Notes: a model not told the origin generated them from the letters alone. A DNA stretch of 64,000 nt from an uncultured Nitrospinota bacterium (GCA_963707985.1 CAVPRW010000032.1:128001-192000), one strand, 5' to 3'; positions 21,581-30,690 are shown, numbered from the stretch's first letter. Translations and numbers: made by a program.

Positions 21581-21640
21581 CGCGCTTTGCGCGGTCTATC
21601 CATCCCCGCTCATGCCTAGCGATAAGCGGCGGAAGCGCCG

Positions 21641-21699
21641 GCTTATCGCTAGGCATGAGCCGCGCGCTCCTCCGCGTCGGCTCCATGCCGTGGTTAGGC
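21641..21699 (-). repeat. attC site 4 (R' = GATAAGC)
   Basis: GCTTATC-GCTAGGCATGAGCC...GGCTCCATGCC...GTTAGGC. Confidence 0.8.
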
Positions 21700-21713
21700 G
21701 ATCGCTTCCTCGC

Positions 21714-22433
21714 CTAGTAGGTGCGGAGCGAGATATGATCTGTTCTTGAATCTCTGGTGGCAATCACTCCCCGCCGACGTCGTGCCGGCCTTGTAGGCGG
21801 AGGCGCTATCTCGGGCCGGTGGGGCGGTTGAGGCTGTTTTTCGTCTGATGCCTGGTCTCTATGCCCGGCTCCTTCGTCCAGTGTTAGCTGTGTCCCACGC
21901 TGGTTGGCCGTCTCGGCAAACTCAGCTGCAAGTCGTTGCGTCAGGTGGGGTAGCTCGCTTGCCGTATCAGTATCGCCGGTAGCCTGGAGAAGGTGGACCG
22001 CTCGGCTCGTCGCCTCTTCGGCAGACATGTCGCCCCGCTCCACAAACGCAAAGAGACGCCGAAGCTCACCCGGGACACCAAGCCGCCGCTCTTGACGCTC
22101 GGGTCGATTGGACTGAAGCCCAATTGTGCTCGCAACATGGGGGAGGATAAGTCGGCTCAACCAGTCTGCGTCCTTGGCAAGGTAATCCGCACTTTGTCTC
22201 AGGCCGCCGTAGAGCATAAGTACTTTGGTCACGGCTTTGATGGTCGTCCATATTCTGGTAGACCCGATCTCGACCCGCGCGACGACTGTGATGCCAAGCT
22301 GCTCATAGCGCTGCGCGAAGTAATCTCGGCACACACCGTCCGCAAGTTACAAAAGGCGCCCTGCGGCACTCTCAAGCTCGGAATCGGCAAGCGTTTCGGT
22401 ATATCGGGCATATGGTTCTGCGATAACGATCAT
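21714..22433 (-). pseudogene. hypothetical cassette protein with premature stop
   Basis: ATG at 22433 in frame with the 21714-22334 ORF, but in-frame TAA at 22347-22349. Confidence 0.55.
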
Positions 22434-22461
22434 TGCGGTTAGGTCGCTCGCACAATCATTC

Positions 22462-22519
22462 GCCTAATGCCAGGTTGCAGCCGCTGCTGGAATCGATCGG
22501 CTGCAACCTCTTGCTAGGC
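22462..22519 (-). repeat. attC site 5
   Basis: GCCTAAT...AGGTTGCAGCCG/CGGCTGCAACCT...GCTAGGC; hicB stop lies within R''. Confidence 0.8.
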
Positions 22520-22864
22520 CCGGACTTCGTCACGCATGCTACGCCCTACGGCTTGCTCCAGCACCTCCGCGACCCATTGAGCCACGTCTTTACCAGCCTT
22601 CTCGGCCGCAAGAATAATCTTGCGATGCTGCTCCGGCGACAGCTGGACGGTGAATCGTCCAGAGAAGGGCTGATCTGGTACTTCCCCGCGCTCGGCACAA
22701 AACGACAGATAGTCCTCGACCGAGTCGGCGAATGCCTGACGGAGTTCATCGACGGATTGCCCCTGGAACGTCACCACATCCCGGATGTTGATGACCTCGC
22801 CATGGAACAGATTCGCCTGCTCATCGAAGGCAATGTGGGCGAGATACCTTTTGTATGCCATCAT
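22514..22864 (-). CDS. hicB: HicB family antitoxin
   Basis: FHGEVINIRDVVTFQG..SVEDYL..PFSGRF. Confidence 0.9.
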   Translation of the reverse strand: MMAYKRYLAHIAFDEQANLFHGEVINIRDVVTFQGQSVDELRQAFADSVEDYLSFCAERGEVPDQPFSGRFTVQLSPEQHRKIILAAEKAGKDVAQWVAEVLEQAVGRSMRDEVRA

Positions 22865-23115
22865 GGCTCTACTCCTGCTTCTGTGAGAAACCGGCGCATC
22901 GACACCACGGCGCCTTTGTCCGTCTCTTTCTGTGGATGGGGACGATGAAACACAGCCCGGACACCATGGAGGGCAATACGTACTCTGGAGCCTCGTCCCT
23001 CGCTGAGTTCTGCGCCGCATGCGCGCAGCAGACTCTCAATATCAGCCCAAGGGATATTCGCTCGAACAGGATTCTCGAAAATGGCATGTAACGTCCTACG
23101 CTGTCTGGCTGTCAT
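22861..23115 (-). CDS. hicA: HicA family toxin
   Basis: IPWADIESLL, EGRGSRV, FHRPHP; ATGA overlap with hicB. Confidence 0.9.
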   Translation of the reverse strand: MTARQRRTLHAIFENPVRANIPWADIESLLRACGAELSEGRGSRVRIALHGVRAVFHRPHPQKETDKGAVVSMRRFLTEAGVEP

Positions 23116-23138
23116 TGTACATCACTTATTGCATATAC

Positions 23139-23198
23139 GCCTAATGCGCGAGTTGAGCAGTGCCCCGCAGGGGCATCTGTTCGAACTCCTGGTTCTCC
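23139..23198 (-). repeat. attC site 6
   Basis: GCCTAAT-GCGCGAGTTGAGCAG-TGCCCCGCAGGGGCA-TCTGTTCGAACTCCTG-GTTCTCC. Confidence 0.75.
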
Positions 23199-23268
23199 CC
23201 GGAGCGGAGCGGAGGGGAAAGGAGTTCGTTGCTCAACTCGCGCATCCCGGAGCGAAGCGGAGGGGGGA

Positions 23269-23945
23269 ATCGGGATAGGGAGGGACCTCGCGGCCTCCCC
23301 CCTCCCACACCACCGGACGTACGGGTCACGTATCCGGCGGTTCGGTGGATTGCGTCAGGGTGATCCATCACCCCAACCGGAGCGTCGTCTCCCGGCGTGC
23401 CAGCCGTGAGTTCATCCCAGACGCCAGATATGATCCGACACCTCGCCGGATGCCATCTCACCGCTCCACGGCGGGCAACTACCCCTTCCACCGTTCGGGC
23501 CTTCGGCCCACCCGCGTGGCGGCTCCGCCTATCTGTTGCCCCGCCTTTCGGCCTTGGGGTGCCTCACGAGCGTCGCCTGCGCCGAGCCTACTATGCCCTC
23601 TGCTGACTTCTGCGGGGCGGTCAGGGAGAATTGCTCCGCCCTCAGTCCTGAACCAGGACACACCCGCAGATCTCCCGTGGTAAGCTGTCATACCTTCCGT
23701 GCATAGACGCCGGATTTATCAAGCACGCCCCAACTGTGGATGGAGGGCTTAGCGGTTGCGTGCCAGCTCGCCCCGAGCGTACCACACCTCGTATCCGGTT
23801 CGTGTCCCTCGCCCCGCACGTTCGTTCCACGCTTCCTTCGGACCCCACCTCGCGGTGACGCCCTGGCGCTTCCCTTGTCCTTCGGCTCCACGTACACCTG
23901 GACAGGGGACTTGCACCCCCGAGCATGACCGCATGCACGGCACAC
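23269..23945 (-). mobile_element. ORF-less group IIC intron (about 677 nt)
   Basis: 5' GTGTG; GAAGTCAGCAGAGGGCATAGTA; domain V GAACCGCCGGATACGTGACCCGTACGTCCGGTGGTGTG; 3' CCTATCCCGAT; no RT ORF. Confidence 0.9.
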
Positions 23946-24105
23946 ACGCGGTCGGTGAGCCGCGCCGTCTTTCGGCGTCGGCTCCACCGAGCAGGACTGT
24001 GTCAAAAGTCGATTTTTCGAAATTATGGTCTAGTAAAATCAACAGTTTGCAAATTCCTCATGCCCCAAAAACGCGGTTTTGACACAGTCTGACGACTTGT
24101 TGGGC
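23946..24105 (-). repeat. attC site 7 (interrupted by MITE; core split by intron)
   Basis: Reconstructed GCCCAACAAGTCGGTGGAGCCGACGCCGAAAGACGGCGCGGCTCACCGACCGCGT|TCCCC. Confidence 0.85.
23991..24092. mobile_element. MITE, about 102 bp (termini reminiscent of IS1182/IS5-type)
   Basis: GACTGTGTCAAAA/TTTTGACACAGTC inverted repeats; CGA direct repeat at 23988-23990 and 24093-24095; AT-rich interior. Confidence 0.75.
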
Positions 24106-24136
24106 GGCGCGCAAGGAAGCATCGCTTGCTGAGTGA

Positions 24137-24859
24137 TCATGAGTCTCCCGGGAGGCTTTCGGCCTCCTCGATTTCCCTCTGGATGGCCGCCTCGTGGGCA
24201 TCAAGAGCGAAACGTATTGATTTGAGAACGCTGAGGTAGTCATCCTCTCCGACCATCTGAACGGAGTTCGTTGCGGCGCTGTAGAGCTGATTGTATCGAT
24301 TCACAATCTCGCGAGCTCGTTCAAGGAGTTCCGTAATCTGGCTCGCGTTCAGCCCTGGAAGTTTGAGTCGGCCAAGAACCGCCTTGGCATCCCGGTGGCC
24401 CAGGTGCCCCTTGCGAAGGTCCACGAGCGCGCTAACCAGCGGGTCGTGCTGTGCAGTTACCCGAAGAACGTCGTCTTGGATCTGCGCCTTCGTCGGCCGG
24501 CGTGGATGCGAAGCGAGTGAGTCAACGTGCGCATTCTCCGCGAGGCGCTCCCGAAACGCGCCCGCGTCGAAGGTCGGCAAGTTGTTGCGAACCGTCGCCA
24601 GGAAGTTGGGAAGGCTGAGCGCGCCCACGGTGGGATCGTAAAGTCGGCCCAGCCGCCAGAGCGTCACATCGTGGTGGGCACGGAACGTAAGCGACCAGAA
24701 GCTGCGAGCTTCGTTGAACTCCCGCTCGAACTCGCGGACTGCCTCAAGCAGACGTTGGTACAGTCGCCAGTGAATGGTGGCGGTGACCATGTCGTCGGCG
24801 ATGGCTCTCACCAGTCGACCGAACTCTTCGTCGTCGTTGGTCTTTATCTCCCGCATCAC
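24137..24859 (-). CDS. HEPN (AbiU2-like) domain protein
   Basis: All-helical; LGRLYD..ALSL and RKGHLGH (Rx4-6H) motifs. Confidence 0.7.
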   Translation of the reverse strand: MMREIKTNDDEEFGRLVRAIADDMVTATIHWRLYQRLLEAVREFEREFNEARSFWSLTFRAHHDVTLWRLGRLYDPTVGALSLPNFLATVRNNLPTFDAGAFRERLAENAHVDSLASHPRRPTKAQIQDDVLRVTAQHDPLVSALVDLRKGHLGHRDAKAVLGRLKLPGLNASQITELLERAREIVNRYNQLYSAATNSVQMVGEDDYLSVLKSIRFALDAHEAAIQREIEEAESLPGDS

Positions 24860-24916
24860 GTTGGCCCTCGATACGAATCGCCCGATCGCTGCGATGACGA
24901 TAAGAAATAGCGGTCT

Positions 24917-25026
24917 GCCGAACGCTCCAGCTCAGCGGCGGGGGCTGACCCACCACTGGCCTCAGACTCAACCGCCGCGCCACGCAGCCCCGCTGGCTCC
25001 CCGTCCGCTGCAGTGGGTGGTTAGGG
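24917..25026 (-). repeat. attC site 8
   Basis: GCCGAAC...CTCAGCGGCGGGG...CCCCGTCCGCTGCAG...GTTAGGG. Confidence 0.85.
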
Positions 25027-25091
25027 CGGTCAGGAGGCGGAGCCATCTTGGAGCTGCTCTCGCGATGACGTGCTCCTGCTACCTCTCTGCT

Positions 25092-25430
25092 TCAGAAGCC
25101 GAGCACCAGTTTCAGGCCAGCCTCGACCCTGGCCATGATCTCTGGTCGCAGCAGGCTCACTCGCGCTGTGAGATACACCTTGTCGATGGTCAGAAGCTGG
25201 GACACATTGATGACAGAGTTTCTCGGAAGCCTTGACTGGCGCCTCTCCAAGAGCACATTGCCAGGGGCTTGTGCCAGGCGCACATTGGACGTGACAACTG
25301 CCACAATGACGGTATTAATGCGGCTGTCGTTGAAGGAATCGCTTTGAATCACCAAGACAGGGCGCCGAAAGCCCGGACCAGAACCACCAGGCTCGGGAAG
25401 CGAGGCCCACCAGACCTCTCCACGCCGCAC
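25092..25430 (-). CDS. mazF: PemK/MazF family toxin
   Basis: RRGEVWW, GFRRPVLVIQSD, NVSQLLTIDK; TAGTG overlap with antitoxin. Confidence 0.9.
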   Translation of the reverse strand: MRRGEVWWASLPEPGGSGPGFRRPVLVIQSDSFNDSRINTVIVAVVTSNVRLAQAPGNVLLERRQSRLPRNSVINVSQLLTIDKVYLTARVSLLRPEIMARVEAGLKLVLGF

Positions 25431-25666
25431 TACCAGTCTTCCTTCGGCAGTGACGACCACTGCATGTGCGCCAAGGCCTCATCGAGGCTAGACGCTTCTT
25501 GGTTGTAAATGGCGTCGAGGGCCTCGCGCACGCTGTCGTGTTTGTGCGCATCGAGGTAGGCTTCCAGCGCGCGTGAGAAGAGTTCACTCCTCGACATCCC
25601 AAGTCGTTTGGCAAGTGCCTCGGCGTCGTGAAAAATAGGATCGGGGACAGAGACCGCAGTTTTCAT
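25430..25666 (-). CDS. ribbon-helix-helix antitoxin
   Basis: MKTAVSVPD..GMSRSELF. Confidence 0.85.
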   Translation of the reverse strand: MKTAVSVPDPIFHDAEALAKRLGMSRSELFSRALEAYLDAHKHDSVREALDAIYNQEASSLDEALAHMQWSSLPKEDW

Positions 25667-25673
25667 AAGCTAC

Positions 25674-25702
25674 AGTATAACCAGAGTTATACCTCCAGGC
25701 AA
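25674..25702 (-). promoter_or_regulatory. sigma70 promoter with operator palindrome for the MazF pair
   Basis: TTGCCT-17-TATACT, 7 nt before ATG; GTATAAC-N4-GTTATAC overlapping. Confidence 0.75.
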
Positions 25703-25718
25703 GACTTTCTACCTCAAG

Positions 25719-25800
25719 CCCGAACGCCCAAGCTCACCTGCTGCCGGAAGCCGCAGCGCAGCGGAGGCTGGAGGCAGTCAGGTGCAGCGCCTTGTTAGCC
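25719..25800 (-). repeat. attC site 9
   Basis: CCCGAAC...GCTCACCTG...CAGGTGCAGC...GTTAGCC; upstream gene TAA lies within R''. Confidence 0.9.
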
Positions 25801-26706
25801 TTTTCCGGGTCTTCGAATATACAGGCTTCCTCCAGTATTCTTCAGACAGAGCGGCATCTTTTCTAGGAGAAAGTCTTTGAAGACGGTCGCTACATAAGTA
25901 TTGAAGAAAAAGATCTCCCATTCATTGTTATATGACAGAAAAGCTCGAAGAAAATAATCTTCGTTCCAATATATCCCCTTGAGTAACCATTCTGCTGGAT
26001 ACTCAAATGGGTAGAAGACATCGTGGAAGTGCACAAAAACACCAGTAGACAATTGGGGGAGGACTTCAAACATCAGAAACTGTACATCGCTACCACACTT
26101 TATGACATGCGTTGAATCAATGAATAACAGATCTCCAGCATGTAATGAACTGAAGGTATCAATAGGTACTTCTTGAACTTTTCTCTCAATGATTCGAGTT
26201 GCTCCTTCATCATGAGATTTCAATAACTGTCTGAGCCGATCCGGATAAGGCTCTATAAACGTCATTTCGGGTGGCTGAAGGAAAAACCTTTCAACAGTAT
26301 CAAGGATAACCGCTGACGAAAAGCCTGATCCAACTTCTATGATTCTTCGTGGCTTGATATGTCTCAGAAAACTATAGAGAAAAATAGCATCTGCGTAACA
26401 GAAAACACTTTGATCATAGTAGTAGCGACATTCCTGGTTCTTTGTTTCTGGGAAAGGCAAATCATCATAGAAAGCTTGAAATGCTGTGAGAAGCTCAAAC
26501 TGATTTTGCCTATTCAAATCGATGGCTGGAAGGTCCATCTTGTCTGTTTTCGTTGATTCTAAATGTACTACAATCTCCTCATGTTTTGGAATTGGTGAAT
26601 AGTAGTGGCCTGCTGGATATAGACCGGCATCTCTCATCTGTTTACGTAGACGACCTATATAGGGCAATCTGTCAAGTATGTACTGAAGCATCGTTATCCT
26701 CTTCAT
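25795..26706 (-). CDS. class I SAM-dependent methyltransferase (Methyltransf_24-like)
   Basis: IIEVGSGFSS, LFIDSTHV, VHFHDVF, WNE; low GC. Confidence 0.85.
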   Translation of the reverse strand: MKRITMLQYILDRLPYIGRLRKQMRDAGLYPAGHYYSPIPKHEEIVVHLESTKTDKMDLPAIDLNRQNQFELLTAFQAFYDDLPFPETKNQECRYYYDQSVFCYADAIFLYSFLRHIKPRRIIEVGSGFSSAVILDTVERFFLQPPEMTFIEPYPDRLRQLLKSHDEGATRIIERKVQEVPIDTFSSLHAGDLLFIDSTHVIKCGSDVQFLMFEVLPQLSTGVFVHFHDVFYPFEYPAEWLLKGIYWNEDYFLRAFLSYNNEWEIFFFNTYVATVFKDFLLEKMPLCLKNTGGSLYIRRPGKG

Positions 26707-26709
26707 GAA

Positions 26710-26793
26710 GGCTAATGCGGCGCTCACCTGCGCGGGGGACGGCGAGCCGCAGGCTTGACGGCCGCCGCGGCAGGTGCAGCAGCCTGGTTCGGC
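26710..26793 (-). repeat. attC site 10
   Basis: GGCTAAT...GCTCACCTGC...GCAGGTGCAGC...GTTCGGC. Confidence 0.8.
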
Positions 26794-26810
26794 GGCGCGA
26801 AGCGTGTCCG

Positions 26811-26892
26811 CCAGAACGCCGCGCCTCAGCTGCGCCCGAAAGCTGAAGCGGAGCGTAAGCTGTAGGGCGTCAGCTGCAGGCGATTGTTGGGC
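26811..26892 (-). repeat. attC site 11
   Basis: CCAGAAC...CCTCAGCTG...CAGCTGCAGG...GTTGGGC. Confidence 0.85.
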
Positions 26893-26896
26893 GGGC

Positions 26897-28243
26897 TCAT
26901 CGCTTAGCTTTGTATAAACGCCAAGCGCCTGGCACTCCTTTCAGGACATGAGACCCGTTGTCCTCAAATTTGAGACCCGATCCTGCAACCAAATCCTTCA
27001 CCGTGCTGGAGACAACAACCTCGCTCGGGCCTGCTTTCGAGAGTACGCGCGCGGCAATGTGCACCGCAATCCCACCCAATTTGTCGCCCATCGGCTCACA
27101 TTCACCCGTATGCACGCCCGCGCGCACCTCGATATCCAATTGCTTCACGCTATCCTCTATTGCCAGCGCACAGCAAATTGCGCGGGCTGGTCCATCAAAT
27201 GTCGCGAAGAAACCATCTCCCGCAGTGTCCATCTCGCGTCCGCGAAAACGTGCAATCTCCTTCCGGGCCACTGTGTAATACAGATCGAGCAGATGGCGCC
27301 ATGCGGCATCGCCTAGCTCGACCGCGCGTTCGGTCGAGCGGACCATATCTACGAATAAGACGGTAGCCAAAATGCGATCGGCCATCTCAGTCGAGCGCAC
27401 CCCTGTCGCAAACTCTTCAATCTCCGCCAGCACGCGCTCTGGGTCAGTGATGAATATGGAGTGTCTGGCGCCAGGGAATTCGACAAACCGTGCGCCTGGA
27501 ATGCGCGCAGCCAAATCGCGTGCAGCATCGATATGTGCACATGGGTCAGCAGTGCGGTTCATCACTAAGGTGGGCACGCTAATCGTAGGTAGGATAGGGC
27601 GAATATCGATCTGCGCATTCATTCGTTCATAGGCAGCGACGGCCGACGGATTCGCCGCCGCGCGAAAGTAGCGCAGCACGGCATCCAGAACCGCAGGATC
27701 AACGTCTCTACCATAGCCGGCCCCTGGCCCCACAATGTATGCGAGTGAGGGCCAGTGCTCCTGCACATCCTGAATCATGCGCTCATTGTCTTCCGGCGTT
27801 TGGCCCCACGGATAGTCGTCAGCCCGTACCCACCGTGCCTGCGCACCCCAAACGATCAGCGAACGGGTCCGTTCAGGATAGGTCGCGGTAAAGAGGCATG
27901 CCATCGACGCCCCTTCCGAGTTTCCTAATATGGTCGCTCGCTCGCTACCCACGGCATCCATTACCGCGCGGATGTCGTCAGTGCGTTCTTCGAGGGTCGC
28001 CATCTTTAGTGGACGGTCGGACAGTCCGGTACCGCGTTTGTCAAAGCGAATCAGGCGACAGAACGCACTAAGGCGCTCGAAGAATTGCGCTCTGACCGGC
28101 CAGTCCCAGTCGAGGTCAAGATGCGACGTTGTCCCTGGTGCCCAGACCAGATCTACCGGTCCGTTTCCCGTCACCTGATAGGCGACGTATGTGTCACCGC
28201 TAAGGGCGTATTTCGTTTCTGGCAACATGACACATCCCTCCAA
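26897..28243 (-). CDS. alpha/beta hydrolase-adenylate/guanylate cyclase fusion (LipJ-like)
   Basis: FDKRGTGLSD, GNSEG; VLFVDMVRST, AGDG, RAGVHTGE. Confidence 0.9.
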   Translation of the reverse strand: MEGCVMLPETKYALSGDTYVAYQVTGNGPVDLVWAPGTTSHLDLDWDWPVRAQFFERLSAFCRLIRFDKRGTGLSDRPLKMATLEERTDDIRAVMDAVGSERATILGNSEGASMACLFTATYPERTRSLIVWGAQARWVRADDYPWGQTPEDNERMIQDVQEHWPSLAYIVGPGAGYGRDVDPAVLDAVLRYFRAAANPSAVAAYERMNAQIDIRPILPTISVPTLVMNRTADPCAHIDAARDLAARIPGARFVEFPGARHSIFITDPERVLAEIEEFATGVRSTEMADRILATVLFVDMVRSTERAVELGDAAWRHLLDLYYTVARKEIARFRGREMDTAGDGFFATFDGPARAICCALAIEDSVKQLDIEVRAGVHTGECEPMGDKLGGIAVHIAARVLSKAGPSEVVVSSTVKDLVAGSGLKFEDNGSHVLKGVPGAWRLYKAKR

Positions 28244-28362
28244 TCATGTGGGGCATGCTTCAGCGGCTTCCTCCGTGTGGCCTGCGGGTGAGCAAATCCC
28301 GTCGACGTATATAGCTCGGCAGAAGGTGTCCTTTTCGAATAGCCAGCGGCGCGTGCATTGAC

Positions 28363-28444
28363 GCCCAACGCCACGCGTCAGGCGCGCCTGGAAGCGGGAG
28401 CGTAGCGGACGCTGTAAGGCGTCGCCTGCACGCGCTGGTTAGGC
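28363..28444 (-). repeat. attC site 12
   Basis: GCCCAAC...CGTCAGGCG...CGCCTGCACG...GTTAGGC. Confidence 0.88.
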
Positions 28445-28489
28445 GGGGAACCCCCCGAAGTGCTAGGGATAGATCCCATTCTATGGTTG

Positions 28490-29088
28490 TCACAACCTGA
28501 GCAGCTCTTCGGCTACTCCCTCAACTGCTTGGCTGTCTTTGATGTCAACTAATCGTCGAATTTTGAACATGGCTTTCTCGCACCACCAAGAATCAGTCCC
28601 CTCTAGACTCAAGGCTGTTAGATTCTCATTGAAACAGTATGTGTTTGGGTTAGCTAGGGGGATGTTGTCGGGGACCTCCAGCAACAGCGTATGGTACACC
28701 CAGTTGCGGCGTACATTGGCATCATTACGGAAGCGTTGTATATCCCGTGGCTCAAATACTCCGGTTATAAGAAGAAGAGGAAACACTATATCGATACCAA
28801 TCTGCTGACAAACAGCCTTAAAACCAGGGGATCGACCACGGATCTGCTCTTCCTTAACCTTAACTAACATCATAGCAAAGCGAATTCGACCATCATGGTC
28901 GAAGATGAAATGCCGTCTATGCTCTGAGTTTGTGGTATTTAAACCAGACAACTGTCCTCGGTCAACTGTGTAAACTTAGATTGGAGAGTCTTTTCTTGGA
29001 GTGAAGCCTTCAGGTCATCAAACAAAAGTTGACAATTTTTATGGAAACGGTCTACCTCCTTGAGGGCTTTTATAGTATCGTTGATCAT
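28490..29088 (-). CDS. hypothetical protein (frameshift near 28950)
   Basis: GGAGG RBS and ATG at 29088 right after the nuclease stop; that frame closes near 28939 while a second frame runs to 28490. Confidence 0.5.
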
Positions 29089-29097
29089 GGAGCCTCC

Positions 29098-30012
29098 TTA
29101 AAAAATTCGATAGAAACAGAGTGATCCCATAGGTGCCTTGATCAAGTCAGATTCAAAAAAACGCTTGTAAGGTAACTGACAATGCTCAGCCACATCAAAT
29201 GAATACACTCGATTATAGTCAAGCTGGCAATTTTGCTTCACAGGTTTTGTCACTAAACTCAGGCTGTAAGTGCGAGCGTAGGGTATGGGTACAGGGTGGT
29301 TTGCATTAAAAGGGTAAGTACGGAGGTAACCTGGCAGATGATTTCTTGTATATTGTAATGCTGACCACCCGAGGAAACAGACATATCCTTTAGCATCTAG
29401 ATAGTTGTGAAGTGTTTCCAAGACCCGCCTTTCTGTAGTCGGGCGGTTGCTCTCTAAGTTCCAATAGGCGATCAAACGATACAGATGAAACCAGCTCAGC
29501 CAGTAAATCTTGGCGTCTTCTCCTGCCGCACGTAGACTGGTCTGAATATCCTCTTTTGGTAGTGAACGGTGATGGGTCAGGTAAATGAGTGTAATTTCAG
29601 AGCAATACCGCAAACATTGTTTAGCCGCTCGCCAATACCTAGCCAGTTGATCACCATCGTCTAGTGGATCAGTAACTGTTTGAAGTGAAGGGGAGCTGCC
29701 CGACTTTCCAGCTCCGTGCTTGGCTTCAATGACGACTGCCATGGATGTTCGGTCGCTCCTATTCTGTAGCTCAACGATGACATCGGGTTCGCCTCCGTTG
29801 GGCAACCAAGGCCAAAATTGAATTCTTGTCACTGCCTCATAGGAAGATAAATCAATAGTTTCTCCATTTAGCCCCACTGCGGCCCGCAGGAAACTGACCA
29901 AGTTGCTGTCAGGGAGGAGACGCAGAAGACCTAGACAGTTGGAAGTCAGCACATCCTGACCAATGTGAGTTTTACCTTGTAGATCTGCGTGAATCATGAA
30001 GACACTTTCCAA
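29098..30012 (-). CDS. PD-(D/E)XK nuclease-like protein
   Basis: EPDVIVE...VIEAK...QLARY, YLT, LSW; low GC. Confidence 0.7.
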   Translation of the reverse strand: MESVFMIHADLQGKTHIGQDVLTSNCLGLLRLLPDSNLVSFLRAAVGLNGETIDLSSYEAVTRIQFWPWLPNGGEPDVIVELQNRSDRTSMAVVIEAKHGAGKSGSSPSLQTVTDPLDDGDQLARYWRAAKQCLRYCSEITLIYLTHHRSLPKEDIQTSLRAAGEDAKIYWLSWFHLYRLIAYWNLESNRPTTERRVLETLHNYLDAKGYVCFLGWSALQYTRNHLPGYLRTYPFNANHPVPIPYARTYSLSLVTKPVKQNCQLDYNRVYSFDVAEHCQLPYKRFFESDLIKAPMGSLCFYRIF

Positions 30013-30044
30013 AGTTTATGAAGAATAAATCTTCTTGTTGCGAC

Positions 30045-30154
30045 GCCTAACGCCCGCGCTCAGCGGCGGGGGTCGCCCCCCCACCCACCGCTGACGGGGC
30101 TGCTGAGCTGCGAAGCCCCGCTGGCCCCCCGTCCGCTGCAGTGGCTGGTTAGAA
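30045..30154 (-). repeat. attC site 13
   Basis: GCCTAAC...GCTCAGCGGCGGGGG...CCCCCGTCCGCTGCAG...GTTAGAA. Confidence 0.88.
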
Positions 30155-30167
30155 GGCAGAGTGCACT

Positions 30168-30578
30168 TCAGATGAGGCGTAGCTCACCGATGAACGCCTC
30201 CCCAGACCCGAACTGGCCCACGACTGTGACACGGCGTTGCCCTGCTTTGGCCGCCAACGAGACTGGATAGCCTGCGTGCCTCGCCGAGACAGTCGCGTGG
30301 GTCTCTGGCCTCCCCAGCCACAGGACAGGCGCCTCAAACCGCAACACGTATGCCACCCCAGGCACAAAGCGCTCCACCACGGCTGGCGGTAGGTGCGGCT
30401 GGGCTGGGTCGAAGCCTCGAGGGCCACTCTCCAGCTCGGTCAGCTGAGCACGACGCCCGACGACCCTGTCGGGGCGTTCTGCGGCGCTAAACCGTGCCCG
30501 TCCACCGCAACCCACGTACACCACAGCCCCGAAGGTAATCACGACGAGTGACCAAATCAGGATGAGGTATGTGGGCAC
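30168..30578 (-). CDS. hypothetical membrane-anchored protein
   Basis: N-terminal hydrophobic helix; fills the cassette between attC 13 and 14. Confidence 0.55.
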   Translation of the reverse strand: MPTYLILIWSLVVITFGAVVYVGCGGRARFSAAERPDRVVGRRAQLTELESGPRGFDPAQPHLPPAVVERFVPGVAYVLRFEAPVLWLGRPETHATVSARHAGYPVSLAAKAGQRRVTVVGQFGSGEAFIGELRLI

Positions 30579-30592
30579 GCCCTATTCCTGCC

Positions 30593-30690
30593 TTCTAACA
30601 CTGGCTGTTGAGCCGCGAGCCTCGCAGGGAGAGAGACGCGGAGCGGCTGTCGCCCGAGAAGCGCAGTCGGCTCTAACGCCCTTGATAGGC
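30593..30690 (-). repeat. attC site 14 (R'' = GCCTATC)
   Basis: TTCTAAC...GTTGAGCCG...CGGCTCTAAC...GATAGGC. Confidence 0.78.

Noticed and set aside
23141..24082. Short ORFs overlapping the intron, or a retron/DGR
   Set aside because: No RT motifs (no YADD); the ORFs are incidental to structured RNA
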